Shown piece after piece: positions 5,835-6,678 of a DNA stretch of 6,678 bases (its first letter is position 1; every line of letters starts with the position of its first letter). A program made the translations under genes and the position numbers. The notes below the pieces were generated by a model. The model worked only from the letters and a program-made list of their open reading frames with translations, was not told the origin of the DNA and made no database searches. The stretch is from Breznakia sp. PF5-3 (GTDB taxonomy: Bacteria; Bacillota_I; Bacilli_A; Erysipelotrichales; Erysipelotrichaceae). The stretch is taken from contig NZ_JAQFIQ010000068.1 of assembly GCF_029504745.1 (NCBI RefSeq), positions 1 through 6,678 on the forward strand, read 5' to 3'.

Positions 5835-6584
5835 ATGAAAGCAAAGAAAATTGAAACTCCCACCTCCAGTCTGCTGGTATTATTGTTGATCGCCTTAATT
5901 ATGTGGGCAGGGTTTGACAGCATTTATGCTGTTGAGAATATTCAACCAAATAATACCGTTGATACAATTGGTGCTTTCGATGAAGCGATAAAGAATGAAG
6001 AACAAAGAACAACATTTGATATTCAAGCTGATATCGAAGCGGGAGCCGTACAAAAAAATAAAGAAAAAGCTCTAGCATTAAAAGCATTGCAAGAGCAACA
6101 AGAAAGAGAAGCTGCAGCATTGGCAGCAAAAGAAGCTGCTATAGCAGCAGAAGAAGCACGATATACTTCTGTTGATGTATGTGGGTACTTATCAAGTAAA
6201 AAGACTTATATGGATTATCGAGCAATTCATCCAAGCTCAGCACAAATGTATATTATCAATACATACACGAATCTTAATGATGATGGCTTATTAACTACAA
6301 CTGACGGTTTTATTGCCGTTGCACTAGGTTCTACCTACGGTGAATTAGGAAGTAAATACCGTGTCACAACCGATACAGGTAAAGTTTTCAAAGTCATTAA
6401 AGTAGATGAGAAATCAGATGCCCATACAACAAATGGGTGCCAAGACTCTAGTGGTGCGATTATTGAATTTGTAATCGATATTAATCGTGTTAATGCTGCT
6501 TATCCTCAAGTAACAAGAGATGGAGATTTAAATGCTCTTGATCAATTCAATGGAAACATTGTGAAAATTGAAAAATATGTTTAA
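5835..6584 (+). CDS. Uncharacterised secreted or membrane-anchored protein: N-terminal signal/anchor, Ala/Glu/Lys-rich helical spacer, and a ~140-aa C-terminal domain that may be RlpA/3D-like
   Basis: The ORF track starts it at TTG 5811, but the ATG at 5835 is preceded by the tandem SD AAAGGAGAAGGA (5817-5828) while the TTG has none. From 5835 the protein is 249 aa. It begins MKAKK, followed by the hydrophobic LLVLLLIALIMWAGF and the possible cleavage site IYA|VE. A low-complexity helical region KNKEKALALKALQEQQEREAAALAAKEAAIAAEEA spans nt ~6051-6161. The C-domain (6162-6581) has two Cys and the pattern IAVALGS..G.LGSKYRV..D.GK.F.V.KVD.K...H.....GAIIEF.ID. Confidence 0.8.
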   Translation: MKAKKIETPTSSLLVLLLIALIMWAGFDSIYAVENIQPNNTVDTIGAFDEAIKNEEQRTTFDIQADIEAGAVQKNKEKALALKALQEQQEREAAALAAKEAAIAAEEARYTSVDVCGYLSSKKTYMDYRAIHPSSAQMYIINTYTNLNDDGLLTTTDGFIAVALGSTYGELGSKYRVTTDTGKVFKVIKVDEKSDAHTTNGCQDSSGAIIEFVIDINRVNAAYPQVTRDGDLNALDQFNGNIVKIEKYV

Positions 6585-6615
6585 AGGGGCTGTGACAAAT
6601 AAACAGACCTAAAAT

Positions 6616-6658
6616 AAAAAGAACGCCTAATCTCGAGATGAGAAAAGACGTTCTTTTT
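6616..6658. terminator. Probable (bidirectional) rho-independent terminator after the 5835-6584 gene
   Basis: AAAAAGAACG (6616-6625) is complementary to CGTTCTTTTT (6649-6658), with core stem AGAACG/CGTTCT and a TTTT tail. The 23-nt loop is unusually long and contains a perfect 10-bp palindrome ATCTCGAGAT (6629-6638). The element begins about 32 nt after the stop codon. Confidence 0.5.
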
Positions 6659-6678
6659 GGTATAGTATATTTGTGCTA

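Noticed and set aside
5743-5838. 31-codon upstream frame (MQWLRIFSQQ...) ending in an ATGA overlap with the 5835 start
   Set aside because: Its ATG lies inside the -10 hexamer, upstream of the predicted transcription start, so it would not be on the mRNA. It also has no SD.
5899-6129. 76-aa ORF antisense to the 5835-6584 gene
   Set aside because: It is a Leu-rich shadow of the Ala/Glu/Lys-rich repeat region, because GCA/GAA/AAG codons read as Leu-rich on the reverse strand. It has no SD.
1-6678. Scan for mobile-element hallmarks, CRISPR repeats, tRNA/rRNA genes and toxin-antitoxin-like small gene pairs
   Set aside because: By eye I found no terminal inverted repeats, integrase or transposase motifs, regularly spaced repeats or cloverleaf-capable segments. 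All intergenic regions are accounted for by promoters and terminators.

Overview
This is an AT-rich segment (roughly one third G+C by eye, not computed) with strong Shine-Dalgarno sites, typical of a low-GC Gram-positive (Bacillota) chromosome. It holds five complete genes, each apparently its own transcription unit. They are a DUF815-type AAA+ ATPase (109-1305, -), a threonine ammonia-lyase IlvA with a C-terminal ACT-like domain (1361-2566, +), a small surface protein (2620-3501, -), the tRNA modification enzyme MnmG/GidA (3649-5511, -), and an uncharacterised secreted or membrane-anchored protein (best start 5835, end 6584, +). The surface protein carries a signal peptide, a Big_2 Ig-like domain and a non-canonical sortase-type anchor. 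The secreted protein has an Ala/Glu-rich helical spacer and a C-terminal domain I cannot name. Hairpin plus T-tract terminators separate the units. I see no tRNA or rRNA gene, CRISPR array, IS or transposon ends, integrase or long repeat. I also cannot identify a convincing multi-gene novel system, and the window looks mostly housekeeping. The best leads are three. First, the 5835-6584 protein and its unusually structured leader, which has a consensus promoter, a GC-rich inverted repeat at the predicted transcription start, and a 9-nt segment that can alternatively pair next to the SD. Second, the function-unknown DUF815 ATPase, which shares a 31-bp palindromic control region with ilvA. Third, the SAPATG sorting motif of the surface protein. 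All family assignments come from motif recognition by eye and none has been checked against a database.
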